64,000 bases of DNA from Vairimorpha necatrix (GCA_036630325.1 CP142727.1:124001-188000), one strand, 5' to 3'; positions 1 to 13,300 are shown, counted from the first letter of the stretch. Made by a program: numbers and translations. The notes: a model not told the origin generated them from the letters alone.

Positions 1-1579
1 TGAAAAACTTAAACTAACTTTTAAAAATAATATCTGAAATGTAATATTGTGGGTTTCGTTTATTCAATTTATACTATCACCATTAATTGTTTTATCAATT
101 AAACATTTAATATTTTGTTATGTTTTTCATGACAGTATATCAAATTAGACATACTTTTCCACAATAATGTCGAGAAACGTGTTTATAGTTGGTATTCGAT
201 CTCATAACCTCGGCTCGTCATTTAAAAAACATGCTCTTATAGTACAATATCTGTTGGAGTCTAAACACAGAGTTACATTTAGATATTTTCTCCTAAATTC
301 TACCACACATCGAAAAATAAGATAAATGTGATTAATATCATAATTTTTATTAAGATTTATAATCTAAATTTTTTTTGCATACACTTATACTTTAGGTTAT
401 ATTACTCGATATTGTTTTTACGCTTATATAATTTTATGAATATTAATAAATTTATTATTCTGATTCAATCTTATATTTGGAGTATATGATAGTTAAATAT
501 TCTAAAAAAGATGTGTTTTGATTTTTTTTTTTTGAAATCGGATTCCACTTATCACGCGTATTTTTTACATATTAGCAGATGTGTTTATTAATTTTCTAAA
601 GTCATCCCAATATCGTTATACTTATTATATTTCAAACCTGTCTTATATTATCAATGTTTATATTGCATTTACTTTTAAAAATCATTTTAATTTTTCTAGT
701 ATAACAGCATTTCTTTTATTAACATTAAAATAAAAATTTTACGTAAAAATGTTTCAATAACGGGATGTCGGAGTTAGATTATATTATGGAACTGATTGTC
801 ATGTTTATCTTTTAATCTATTTCTGCTAAATTATAAAAAAAAGTTCAATCAGATACTTATCTTCTTTTATTAATATTTTTTTTACAAGTAACAAAACCAT
901 TTATGAATATTAGCATCAAATGTCATGTAAGTTAAAAATTTAAACAGTTGTTTTTTTTTCATTTATAGACATTGTGTTGTTTAAATAGATTAATATACAA
1001 CGATTTTACATAATCGTTCAAGAATGATTTATACATCTTTAAGACAATCTAATGTTACACGAAAAGTATTCAATCATCTAAAAAAGTCTGTTCTGTTATC
1101 ATAAAGATAATTCTAGACGTTTTAAAAAAAATAGTTAAATAAATCCGCATTGAAAAAAGTATTTTATCGTGCTAGTAAATTAAAATTTTGAATTTATCTA
1201 TCTAGCTGCTATAATGAAAATATTTATAATTTAAAATCTCTTAGAATAATTTAATTATGCTTATTTTTAATAAATTATTTAGTTTTAATATCTATAAACA
1301 CAAGAAATTCTATAGTTGCAAATAAACTTAACCTTAAACAATTTTCAATTATTACATGTATAATAAATACATTTTATTTATAAAATAGTTTGATTAAATA
1401 TTTTTTTTATTATTTTTTCTGAGACCAAACATATGAGACACGTAATGTTTTAATTTATGAAATACACATAGTAATATTGACTCAATATTGAATACTGTGA
1501 AAATATCGCGTAGTTTTCGAATATTTATACAATAACTAATTTTTATACTTTAAATAAATATCTTTTATTGCCCATATTA

Positions 1580-2488
1580 ATGTTACAATATATTTTATTA
1601 GATGTTAGTTTTGGACTTGCAAATGATAAATACGACGTTCCAACCACTCTAGTATGTGAAGACCATCGGAACTATCTACTTAATAAATTACAATACGAAA
1701 ACAACAATTTAAGCAAACTCTATTCAAAACCAACAGATGATAGATTTTGTCCTTATAATCAAAATAAAGTCACAAAAAGCAACACTCAAAACAAAAAATC
1801 AGAAATAGAACTATTATTTGGAATATTTAAATTTGTTACTTACATGAAACGCTATAATATTTATAACAATGACGTACACGACAATATTGACTATTCCAAT
1901 CGTCGTGTTAAATGTTTTTATGCTCTTTTGCATCAGTGGGAGAGTAAAAAAATAGAAATAGAGAGGACTAATAAGAAATACAGATTTATTGACAATGATA
2001 TTTGCAAAAAATATATTTCTAGCTACTGCGGTAATAGTAGATGGATGAAAAACTATAGTAAAATTATAAATGAATATTTCCCAAATATTAAAAACGAGAT
2101 CGAAAATTCAAAAATAGAAAAAAAATTTAAACAATTAATATTAGAGACTTTAGATTCTATTAAACGTGCCATGGTATACTTCGAAAGCATAAATCCTAAA
2201 AATTTAAGTTATTACAGCCATGGAAATATACTAAAAGTACGATATACTTTGTTGATCTATAGATTACCTTATTTATATGACTATTTTGATTTATGTGGAA
2301 ATTTCATAAATTTATATGAAATAATAATCGAGCAGTACATCAAAAAAATAGACAATAGCAACAACATGATAAAAACATTATTCTTGATGTCTGAAAAAAT
2401 CGAAAAAATAATAATACATCGTGAAAGTTTTTTCGAATTGATTAAACAAAAAATAAAATGGCTCGAGAATCTTAAAGAAATAAATTAA
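1580..2488 (+). CDS. Lineage-specific multigene family A protein (~302 aa), unknown function, possibly secreted
   Basis: ATG at 1580 follows CCCATATTA (the track start at TTG 1568 is unlikely). Short hydrophobic N-terminus MLQYILLDVSFG. Shares motifs RRxKCF..LLxQWE, IxRAMxYFE and YRLPYLxDYFDL with paralogs in the window. Confidence 0.8.
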   Translation: MLQYILLDVSFGLANDKYDVPTTLVCEDHRNYLLNKLQYENNNLSKLYSKPTDDRFCPYNQNKVTKSNTQNKKSEIELLFGIFKFVTYMKRYNIYNNDVHDNIDYSNRRVKCFYALLHQWESKKIEIERTNKKYRFIDNDICKKYISSYCGNSRWMKNYSKIINEYFPNIKNEIENSKIEKKFKQLILETLDSIKRAMVYFESINPKNLSYYSHGNILKVRYTLLIYRLPYLYDYFDLCGNFINLYEIIIEQYIKKIDNSNNMIKTLFLMSEKIEKIIIHRESFFELIKQKIKWLENLKEIN

Positions 2489-5400
2489 ACTTATAATAAT
2501 TTTCTAATAAACACCCTTTGAATAAAAATTCACAATAGGCCGTGACATCTTATAATTTATAATGTAAGTATAATACAATCACAACGTCTACGCTAATGCT
2601 TTGTAATCTCGTAAAATATCTTTACATATAGACAAATTCATTTCTTTGCATATAAATTGATTGTATTGTATCCTATTTAAAAAAAATTTATCGAGAAGAC
2701 GGCTGTTATTAAGTTTAAATTTTTTTTATAGGTTTTAAGCTCAGTTTGTTAGTTTGGTGGGGGTTTAATTGAATTCATTTTCTATGACTACAATAAAAAA
2801 GTTCTTTTATACATATAAGTAGACTTTTTGAAAAATTACAAAATAAAGTATCATCATGTGTTTATATTAATGAATTTTATGAATTCTTGTGGAGAGGATG
2901 CTTTTAGTAAGATTTTTAAACGATATTAAAATATGCCTTGCTTTTAAGAATATTTTTCACATACATTTTGTAATTATACTATCTTGTTTTTTTGTAAAAA
3001 TATAATTTTTTTAACCAGGCATAATGCTTATATATGAACCAAAAAAACTTTAAATGAATAAATTTTATACATCTACTTAATTGTATATTAGTATTGTAAT
3101 AAATACGATTTTATATTACGATATGTATACAAATATTAAATTTTTCGGGTTAAAACTAGAATTGTGCCCTATATAAAAACTTGGAATGGTTCGGTAGCAA
3201 AATAACAAAAATTACATAGAAGAAGGATTGTATTTTGAATCAAATCGAGGGCATTACAGCCATGACTTAAAAATTTTTTCTTGCTGTACAAAATTTGAAT
3301 GTACAAGACAGCACTTATCAAGAAAAAAACTGCGCAGTGAAAGCCAAGTAAGACTAGATACTGGATTTTGAGGATTGTTGTGAATTGTTAATTACATACC
3401 TACTTAGGCCGTAAAACATATTTATTTGACTACTATAGATTATTTATTTTATATATTGATATATTTTGATAAAAGAAAGCTGTTCGATGTCTTTTTAAAT
3501 TACTTTTTAATACTTATATCATCAAATTTTTATTTTTTATACACTAAATTGTATGTATCACATTAATCCTCTGTTGTATGATCCTATAAAAATAAAATAA
3601 TAATATAAACATTCTTTTCCTTAATTTTTAAATGTCATGATAGCAATTTTTGAAAATTTTTTCACAAATAAAATTGATGGTGATGTAATTATGTAGTATA
3701 GATTACTGAAATGATATTTTCATTTTAACGTATTGTGGTTAAAATTATAATTTGAATATAAAAATTGTGAAATAATTAATATGCGATATATGCAAGAGCA
3801 AATGTATAGGGGTACTAACAAATATTCTTTATAATTGCATTAACTACACTATAAAAATAAATTTAAAAATTATAATAAAATTAAACATATATTTTATTTT
3901 AGTTTTATTGAAATCCTTCCACAAATTTTATGTAAAATCATCTTATTGTTCATTTCTTCACATATTTAAAATATAGTTATTTCATGTGTTCCTATATACC
4001 GATTTATTATGTAAATGAATTGGATTCAAACAATACTAGTTGTAAATTTTAGAATCGTATTATGATTATTAATTGACTTTTATCACATTTCTCCTATTAC
4101 ATCTGACAACATAACGGTCTTTAACTTTCGACTTGCTATTTTTAATTGAATTTATTTTAACTTGTTGTTCCGTTATAGGATATTTTCATAGTTGAGTTAA
4201 GTTTACTAAAATTCTAATTTTTTAAATAAATACCGATAGCTTTTATTCAAGCATTATATTACAATGTTATTTTGTAACTTGAAACAGCTATCCGTCCCCA
4301 TAAACAAAGAAAGAAACTTGGCTTTTTTAAAAATAATAATAAACTATTTCTTGCAATGTCTTAAATAACTTGTCGGCTATACATAAATTATTTTGAGACA
4401 TGTTCAAACATTATCATAATTTTGATTATGTTACTATCATTAACATTATATCCAGATAGAACGATTTATTGTTGCTTTATTGTACATAAAATAAAAAATA
4501 GTAATTGTTTTATAATACTTTTTGATTTAAGTTCGTGTGAATTTATTTGTCCGTTAACGTATTTTAATTAAATATTCAGTATCATGTGTTTTTCTTTACA
4601 AATATTTAGTTATCTATATTACTACACGTTTTAAATCTAATATTTTTCGAGAATACCTCGGTTTGCTTTTTACAACGTTAAAGCTTATCAAGTCAACATA
4701 TAAAGATAACGGTGTCGTGAGAAAACTGTACCTCTAAATTCGATTTTATCCACAATAGATGGCTAAATATCAATACAGAGACGATTGGTTTTTTTTTTAA
4801 TAGGCTTTATACTTTTATAGATAAAAACTACAAACTTTTAAGATTCAAAAAAAATGTAATTACTTGATTTGCTACTCTTACTTTACGCCTTAAATATAAT
4901 TTATTTTTATATCTATACAAATATTACTCGAGGTCGCTTTTGCATATTTGAAATATTATGCAACTCAAAATTACTTTTGTGTTTTAACGAATAAAAATTT
5001 TCAATAGTTACTGGACTTCAAATGTGTACGATTCGACTTTCAGTCAAAAAGTAAACGTTGGTTGTTATATCAATTCTTGGTTCTACATTTAATGTTATAA
5101 ATGTATTTCTCGAATGCGTGACCTTCAAAACATCGTTTAAATATTCTTTCACCTAAATTAAACCGACATCTTTGTTGTGCAGACTTGTTTTACAATTAAG
5201 AGAAGCTAAATTATTAAATTTTAAAATATATTTATATATATATTTGTTAAGTGTTTTAAAAACCTTTGATAGATAAATTAAAAAAAATATAAGGAAAAAT
5301 AAAAATAAAATTTATGAATTCTTTAGTTTTACAATATAAATATATTTTATACTTTATGATTTAAGATTGTTTAATTTAAAAACAAACAGTTTGAGCAAAA

Positions 5401-5934
5401 CCTTCCCGAGATAAGTAAGAACTAGAATATTCTTATGTGAATTTTTTTAAACAAAATTTTTTAAAAAATCCTTGACGTAAAATTTTAAATGTAATGATAA
5501 ATAATTATTCTTTAATTTATCTAAGCTAAATCATTCGTTAAAAGCGGGGTTTGATTGACCAATCATAGTTTAGTTTATAATTACAGTAGAAAATTTTTTT
5601 AAGATTAATTTATTTTGTTTAATATATTGTAAAATAAGATAAAAGATCGTCAAAATTAGGATATAAGTATCTGTCATTTATATAAGTTTAGATATTAAAC
5701 ATATTATTTGTTTAAATTTTCCTTGTGCAAACCAGATGTTCAGAATGTTCTTTTAGAGGTTATCATGGAAGCTAGTAAAGAAAGCAAAATATTTGCATGG
5801 CATAGGCGGCTATAAAAAAGACCAGATCCGACAAAAGCCGCCTAAATAGTTGCACAATTTCGAGATCTATGAGATAGAGATAAAACAACACACATCCTTG
5901 TGAAATGAATAAATTCAATATTTTCTTTAATTTC

Positions 5935-7116
5935 TTATTCTAGTTGCTTGTCAAATTCATATTCTTCATTACCATTGTATTTTTCTTCTATTTTATCATA
6001 TTGAATATTTCCACAAAATAAATCTTTTACAATATTTTTGATGGTTTGCGATACGGATAAATTTCTGTGACATGCTAGTGAATTTATAAAATTAATTTCT
6101 TCTAAAGTAGTATTTTTCTGTTTTACTACTTCAAATTTATAATATTTTGCTAATTTTTCTATTCCTATAAAGTTTAAAACATCGTATAAACTTGATTTCA
6201 AATCAACTATTTTATCCACATTAAGAATTCCGTTAAGTAAAAGATTGGTCTTAGAATGTTTTGGAAAAACGAGTCCCGGGCAATCTAATAAAATTTTATT
6301 ATCTGAAAAATATATTGTTTGTATAAATTTAGTTTTACCAGGTGTTTGACTGACTTTAACTTTCTTTTTGTTTAGTAGCGCGTTTATAGTACTACTTTTC
6401 CCTACATTCGGGTATCCAATAAATCCAATAGTTTTTTCCTTTACATTTCCTAAAAAATCAATAACTGGTTGGATATTAGTAACTGCCGAATAATAAATAA
6501 ACTCGAATCCTTCTACTTTTATTTTTGTATTAGTCAAATCCGCCTTATTTGATAGTATCACATGTTTTTTATTTGGATACATTTTCAAAATATCTTTGTT
6601 TATAAAAAAATTAGGATTTCTAGAGTCAATAATTTGAATTATAATGTCTGATCTTTCACAAGTAATCCAAAATTGTCTCCAAATTTCTATATTTCTCTCG
6701 AAAATGTACTCATAATTGATTTTCTTCCATTCGTTAAAAAGGGTCAGTTCATTTTTCTTATATTGTTCTTTTGTTGAATTATCATATGCCAATCTTGGTG
6801 GGATGTTAAGTGATAAATTAATCCCTTGAAAATCATAAACATCTTCAAAGTCGTTTTCATTTTCTATTTGCTCCATTTTAGAATTGAATATTTTCTTGTT
6901 ATTTATAAGTAATAATTCTGATAATTTATCTGCACCAGTATATTCCGTTATAGAATTTTTATTAATAACGGCTTTTTTAGAACAACTTAAATTAAGTTTT
7001 TTTTCTTTTTTAATTTTTTTCTCTGCTTGAAAACTTCTTTCTGTTTGATTTTTTAGTATTTGTAGACTTCCAAATCTTTTTTCTATTATTGATTTACCAA
7101 ATTCAAATTTATCCAT
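5935..7116 (-). CDS. LSG1: Large-subunit GTPase 1 (circularly permuted YlqF/YawG-type GTPase)
   Basis: FERNIEIWRQFW..ERSDIIIQIIDSRNP motif; G4 NKADL precedes G1 GYPNVGKSS; TPGKTK; DCPGLVFP. CCC upstream of the ATG. Confidence 0.92.
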   Translation of the reverse strand: MDKFEFGKSIIEKRFGSLQILKNQTERSFQAEKKIKKEKKLNLSCSKKAVINKNSITEYTGADKLSELLLINNKKIFNSKMEQIENENDFEDVYDFQGINLSLNIPPRLAYDNSTKEQYKKNELTLFNEWKKINYEYIFERNIEIWRQFWITCERSDIIIQIIDSRNPNFFINKDILKMYPNKKHVILSNKADLTNTKIKVEGFEFIYYSAVTNIQPVIDFLGNVKEKTIGFIGYPNVGKSSTINALLNKKKVKVSQTPGKTKFIQTIYFSDNKILLDCPGLVFPKHSKTNLLLNGILNVDKIVDLKSSLYDVLNFIGIEKLAKYYKFEVVKQKNTTLEEINFINSLACHRNLSVSQTIKNIVKDLFCGNIQYDKIEEKYNGNEEYEFDKQLE

Positions 7117-7282
7117 TTTGAGGGCAAATTCATTAAATAATTTATGAAGAAAAAATATTGGATAAAATTTCTTTATTGAGAAAAATGGGATTTATTTTAG
7201 AATTTGTTTTTATTAATTTTTTATAACGTTGTTGATTTGTTTTTGACAACTAGTTAAAATTTGACAGTTTTTTGTCCATAAA

Positions 7283-8086
7283 ATGTCCAAATATATTCAA
7301 GGAAGAAAAATTGGATCGGGAACTTATGGTGAAGTATACGAAGCCTTAGATATAGAAAGTAATATGAAAGTGGCTCTGAAAAAAATTCCTCTGAATGATA
7401 CTGAAGGTATGCCCGGCACTGCATTAAGAGAAATTTCAATATTGAAGAAAATTAAACACACCAATATAATTTGTCTGTATCGTGTGTTGCATACAGATAA
7501 GCTCTTAACATTAGTATTTGAATTAATGGATTATGATTTGAGGGAATATTTAATTAAAAATAATACTAATCCTGTAATCTTAATTAATCAATTAATTTCC
7601 GGAGTAGCTTTTCTTCATAGAAACAAAGTCGTTCACAGAGATTTGAAACCACAGAATATTTTAATAGATAGACATGGAAATTTAAAAATCGCAGATTTTG
7701 GCTTATCAAGAAGTTTAGAAATAAAAGTACCTCCTTATTCATGTGAAGTCGTGACTTTATGGTATAGATCTCCCGAACTTCTTTACGGTGTCACAGATTA
7801 CAGTTATTATGTTGATATATGGAGTTTGGGCTGTATTATTTACGAAATCTTTGCACTTGAACCATTATTTACTGCAGAGACGAAAATGCAAATGTTAGAT
7901 TTAATTAATAATTTAATAGGTAAGGGGAAATCAAATTTTAAAAATTTTTTATGTGTAAAATTAAATATTCCTGATTTTTTTATAGATATCATTATAGGAT
8001 GTTTAACTCTCGATTGTAGGTATCGATTAACCGCCGAACAAATTATAGATATATTAGAATATAATTATAATAAAAGAGACGTCTAA
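7283..8086 (+). CDS. Cyclin-dependent kinase, Pho85/CDK5-like
   Basis: GSGTYG, VALK, PGTALRE (PSTAIRE variant), HRDLKPQN, DFG, EVVTLWYRSPE. VLHTDKLLTLVFE resembles the Pho85/CDK5 subfamily. Confidence 0.88.
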   Translation: MSKYIQGRKIGSGTYGEVYEALDIESNMKVALKKIPLNDTEGMPGTALREISILKKIKHTNIICLYRVLHTDKLLTLVFELMDYDLREYLIKNNTNPVILINQLISGVAFLHRNKVVHRDLKPQNILIDRHGNLKIADFGLSRSLEIKVPPYSCEVVTLWYRSPELLYGVTDYSYYVDIWSLGCIIYEIFALEPLFTAETKMQMLDLINNLIGKGKSNFKNFLCVKLNIPDFFIDIIIGCLTLDCRYRLTAEQIIDILEYNYNKRDV

Positions 8087-8220
8087 TTTGCGTTAAAAAA
8101 TAAAAACTATTTAGACCATTTATTAAAAGAACTTCTTTGATAGTATTTTATACTTATTAATTATACGATATTTTTACATTAAAATCATATAAAGTTGATA
8201 AATTTTTATTTCCCCCTTTT

Positions 8221-9600
8221 ATGCTTCATTACATTATATTAGTTTCAAGTTCAAACTCAGGAAAAAATTTTGAATCTATCCCATGTGAAAGTTTACAATC
8301 CATATACGATTTCAAAACTTTTAATTTACATCAAATTAATACAGAGCACAATAATTCGAATTCGCAGAAAAGTAGAGACTACGATACTTTGAACTCTACT
8401 CAAATTAACGAACACATTCCGTTCAACACACAAAATAGCAATGATTACAGTAATTCCTTTTATTATCCAAATATTAGCGATTATAATATTACGAATTTTT
8501 CACAAAAAGCTAACAACTTTTATAATTTTGATTTACAACAAAATAATACAGACCATTTGCCTATTATTCCTCACCAAAATGTACTCGACAAACATACTTT
8601 TAATTTACAACAAAACAATACATATAATTTTTTGGTAAATCCTCAACAAAATGTCCTCCACAACCATACTTTTAATTTACAACAAAACATTATATACTGT
8701 TTTAATATTAATTCCCAACAAAATGCTTATACCAACGGCAATAAAAATTTACAGCAAGATTATGTCTGTGTAAACACTTTTAACTTAAAAAAAAATATTT
8801 GTGATGACAATAACTATCGTTTTCAACAAAATAACAATCATGAAAGTCACTATGTACACAATAAAGAAACAAAAAAAAGAACTAAGCCATATACAAGAAC
8901 TTTTTCAGAACAATACATTCCTTACTATCAGATAAGAAGGCCTTCATTCTCTTCAACGTTGGCCTTTGTTGCGGTTTTGAGAGATAATTATACGAATATT
9001 ACAGATTATAATGACAGGCGAATCTTTTACTATCATTTACTTCATCAGTGGGAAAATGAACACTTAGATATAGAATTGGCTTCAGATAAATTAAAATTCC
9101 CAGACAGATATATTTATTATAAATATAGATACAATTCCAATATGACTGGTAAATGGTTAAAGAACTATAGGGAAATATTATATAAAGATCTGCCACAGGT
9201 AAAAAATGAGATAGAAATTTCATCTGTGGAAGAAACATATAAAAAAATAATAATTGAAAATATTGATTCTATTTCCCGAGCTATGGGTTATTTCGAAACA
9301 CTTTACCCAAAAGGGTTAAGTTATGCATATCATTCAGAAATATTAAAATTTAGATATAAGTTAATAAGCATTAGATTGCCGTGTCTTTATGAATATTTTA
9401 GTATCATTAAAGGTTTTTTAGATTTATACGAAATGATAATTGAACATTTTATAAAAAAAATAGCTAATTCTATGGCGCTGAAATCAATTTTAAATAATAT
9501 GACAATCAATGTAAAAATAATATTATATAATTATGAGGACTACCTCAAAGATATAAAATATAAACTAATACTACTTGAGAACCTCATAGAAGCTGATTAA
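8221..9600 (+). CDS. Family A protein with an extended N/Q-rich repeat N-terminus (459 aa)
   Basis: CCCCCTTTT before the ATG. C-terminal ~200 aa carry family A motifs (LLHQWE, ISRAMGYFE, RLPCLYEYF). Contains 24-aa repeats. Confidence 0.8.
   Translation: MLHYIILVSSSNSGKNFESIPCESLQSIYDFKTFNLHQINTEHNNSNSQKSRDYDTLNSTQINEHIPFNTQNSNDYSNSFYYPNISDYNITNFSQKANNFYNFDLQQNNTDHLPIIPHQNVLDKHTFNLQQNNTYNFLVNPQQNVLHNHTFNLQQNIIYCFNINSQQNAYTNGNKNLQQDYVCVNTFNLKKNICDDNNYRFQQNNNHESHYVHNKETKKRTKPYTRTFSEQYIPYYQIRRPSFSSTLAFVAVLRDNYTNITDYNDRRIFYYHLLHQWENEHLDIELASDKLKFPDRYIYYKYRYNSNMTGKWLKNYREILYKDLPQVKNEIEISSVEETYKKIIIENIDSISRAMGYFETLYPKGLSYAYHSEILKFRYKLISIRLPCLYEYFSIIKGFLDLYEMIIEHFIKKIANSMALKSILNNMTINVKIILYNYEDYLKDIKYKLILLENLIEAD
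8521..8760 (+). repeat. ~72-bp (24-aa) coding tandem repeat, 3-4 degenerate units (HTFNLQQN core)
   Basis: Unit starts at 8521, 8593, 8665 and 8737 with the tttacaacaaaa/tttacagcaaga core, spaced 72 bp apart. Confidence 0.75.
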
Positions 9601-10330
9601 AAACTATTTTATTAGGTAAAAAAGAAATTACAATTTATTAAATTTTTTGTTCAGCATATCTTTTTCTGTTAACGTCTATGATTATCTTATATTTCGTAAA
9701 ATATATCAAAAATAAGGTTATTGAATAATAATTTATTTGGTTTTTCTTTTTTTGCAATACGTCTCCTTATTAACTATCAGAAATAACCCTTATCTATTGC
9801 TTTTTCGACTTCAACGATGACTTTTCAGCGATTGATATCATTTTCGATAGTTCACAAAGGACTTTTTGTGTAATATTGGATGCCTTGTATTGCTTTTACT
9901 CTATTTTCTATTATAAAATACGACCTTATATCTTAGTTCTTGTGTTCTTTGTTATTACAAAAGTATTATTAACAATGTTATTTTTCTAATGTCAATTTTT
10001 TTCGATTGTAAATATGGTAAATCTCCGTATTCTTGCCATTTATAATATAAACTGTGTCGTAGATTCTAGGTATTTTTTAGCATATGGCGGCACATAAAAA
10101 GTTATTTGATACAAATATTCAAAATAAAAATCGGATAAAAAAAAATATAAATTTTATTATAGTTTAATTTGATGATTTTTGTTAATGTAAAATTTTATAT
10201 AAGTATAAATACGAATTTAAATTTTACAATTTCGAAGCATTTTTTTGAGAATAACTTGATTTGTTGCATAAAAGGGAATAATTACCCTAATCAAAAAAAT
10301 CGATGGGTTTAATTAGTGCAATATATGAGA

Positions 10331-13300
10331 TGTTATATATTCTTATATTTTTGATCCCTAATTATGATAAATAAATACATGGGGGCGATACCGAATTGTA
10401 AGTTAACAAGTGTTGGCTGTGGTCAAGAGGCCAGAAGGTTATTAGAAGAGTTTAAGAGGATTGTTTATGGATTAGTATTGTCTGATTATGATTTTGAGAA
10501 AAATGTAAAGAAGGAGATTTTTGATCTTGGAACTGATGAGTTGAAAAAATTTATGGTTAAGAATATTAAGATTGGAGATCATTGGAAAGTTATGGAAACC
10601 AAATTAGAGGAATTGGTTAAAGTACAGGAGGAAAAGGGTATGAGATTACGGATGATTGAGGAGGTCACAAAGATTGTGGCAGAGGAGATTAGAAATATTA
10701 GTAGAGAGGAAAGAATATTTGAAAATAGAGGAACAATGAGATGTTATAATTGTTCAAGAATGGAACATAAGAGTCAGATGTGTTATTATAGATATAGAAA
10801 TGTTAAGAATAAAGACGAATGTGACAAGATTAAAGATGAAGGTAGCAGTAGCTGTGATGAAAGGACTTATAGGAACACATGGAATGCTAAAAGACAAAAG
10901 AAACAAGAATGGAAGACAAGAAATAAAAGATGTTATGATGAGGTAGAAAAGAACGGTCTAACATTATAAGACATGAGAAAGAGGTTTAGGAACGTTATAG
11001 ACAACGAAGAAGAGAAAATAAGATATTGTAAAATTGAAAAATGCAGAATCAAAACTGAAGAAGGTAAGAAAGTTGTAAGGAAAGGTCAGCAGGTGCCACA
11101 AGCGCATAAAGAAGAGCTGAGAAAATATATTCAGAGGTTAGAGACAAGGAATGTCATAAGAAGATCGACGTCGGAATGGAGAAATCCGATTAAAGCTTTA
11201 GTTAAGCCAGATGGAAGTATAAGACTGGTTAGCAATCTCATAGCATTAAATGATTTAGTGGAGAAAGACCCCTATAAATTAGTGAACATTAGGGATATCA
11301 TAAGGAACACGCAAGGATCGAAGTTTTTCAGTGTTATATACCTTAAGGGGGCTTTTTATGGAATCGAAATAGAAGAGCAAGACAAGCATAAGACTGAATT
11401 TGAGTATGATAAGATAGTATATGAATGGAATAGTATGGTCATGGGGTTTAAAAACTCGCCTCAGATCATGCAGAGAATTATGAATAAGATTTTTGAAAAA
11501 CATTTGGGTGGTAAAATAAAAGTATACATGGATGATATAGTGATTCAAGCGAAGACTAGAAAAGAACATGATAAATTATTTGTAGAAGCGATGAAATTGT
11601 TAAAACGGAATAATATGCGGATAAATTCAAGGAAAATTCAGTATTGCCAAAAGGAAGTCAAGTTATTGGGAGTTACATTAAACGGAGATGATATGATGCC
11701 GTCTGAAATCAAGAAAAACGAAGCACTAGAGTTTCCAACGCCGCAAAATGTGTCTGACATAAGAAGATTTTTAGGACTGAGTGGATGGTTTCGAGGATTT
11801 ATTAAGAATTATGCGGAGAAGACATTATATATGACTGAAAGTTTGAAAGGTAAAAGTAAAGTATTGAATTGGACTGATGACTTAAATAAAGAGTTCGAAA
11901 ATATAAAGGAAACGTTAAGAAGTATGAGTAAGTTGAAAATTGTAAACTATGACAAGGAATTTTTATTAAGAACTGACGCGAGCAATATAGGAATGGGCGC
12001 AGTACTCATGCAGAAGAATGATAAAGAAGAGTGGGTGCCAGTACAATGGGCATCGAAGAAATTCACCCTGACGGAAACTAGATATGGTATAAGTGAAAAG
12101 GAAATGTATGCCATATATTGGGGAATAAAGAAATTTGAGTATGAGTTAAGAGGACGAAAATTTAAAGTAGAAACGGATCACAAAGCATTGGCGGAAATAA
12201 GAAGAAAGCCATGTTTTAATAATAATAGAATTAATCGATGGATTGAAAAGATCCAAGAATTTGACTTTGAAATAGATTACAGGAAACCAGAACATATGGT
12301 CGTGGCGGATGCCTTGAGTAGGATACACGAGGAGGTTGATCCAAGAAAAGAAATGATAAAAAAAAAAGAAGTGAGCGTCAAATTGAAGGTAAATGGTTGA
12401 AGCACGTCGAGACAATAGACGGTAAAGAATACTGGAATTTTGATTCGGGGAGGAAAGCATTGATTCCTAAAATAAAAGAAAGAGATGAGCTTATGAGACG
12501 TTATCATGAAGAGCATGGACACAGATGACTAGAAAGCATGTATTATGCCATGAAGTTTGATTATTATTGGCCAGGAATAAAAGAAGATATAGTGAAAATA
12601 ATAAAAAGATGCGAGGAGTGTCAAATTTACAATAGGAAAAAGTCTGGAGGATGTGATTTTGTTGCTACAAGCAGGTATTTAGAAAACGTAGCGTTAGATT
12701 TAATTGATTTTGGAGATAAGGGCAAATATGTATTAGTTGCGATAGATTACCATACGAGGATAGCGTGGGGATGTGTATTATACGATAAGAAGAGATCCTC
12801 TGTGGCCCAGTTTATTGAGAACTTATGTAGAAATGGCAGGAGGCCGAAGGAAATAATAACGGATAATGGGAAGGAATTTGATAATGTTGACTTTAAGGAT
12901 TGTGTAGAAAATTGGATATAACCCATAAAAAGGTGAGTGTCGAGTCTCATAGAAGCAATAATAGAGTTGAAAGTGTTATAGGAACGCTTAGAGAGCTAAT
13001 ATTTAAAATGAGTAAAGAGACGGCGAGTTTTAAAGACATAGTGATGGAAAGCTTTAAAATTTATAATAATAGTTACCATGAAGGTATAAGAAGTACTCCC
13101 AATGAAGCGGTAAAAGACAATACGGGAAAAATGATGATATTAAATGGACCAGAAGGAGACTACAGTAAAAGATTTGTTAGAAGATATAGAGAGCGGTTTA
13201 TTGAAGGACAACGAGTAAGGATAGCTGAGAAAGAAAACATCAAAGGATGTAATAAATACGAAAAGGGAAGGTTTTTAGACGAAGGTATTATAATGGTGAT

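Noticed and set aside
9750-10100. Minus-strand relic of a family A C-terminus (SNITQKVLCELSKMI)
   Set aside because: The similarity is short and interrupted, so it cannot be supported without an alignment.
10967-10972. Programmed stop-codon readthrough between gag and pol in element 1
   Set aside because: The TAA aligns with a Glu codon in intact element 2 (TL*D vs TLED), and element 1 has further stops and frameshifts. A simple nonsense mutation explains it.
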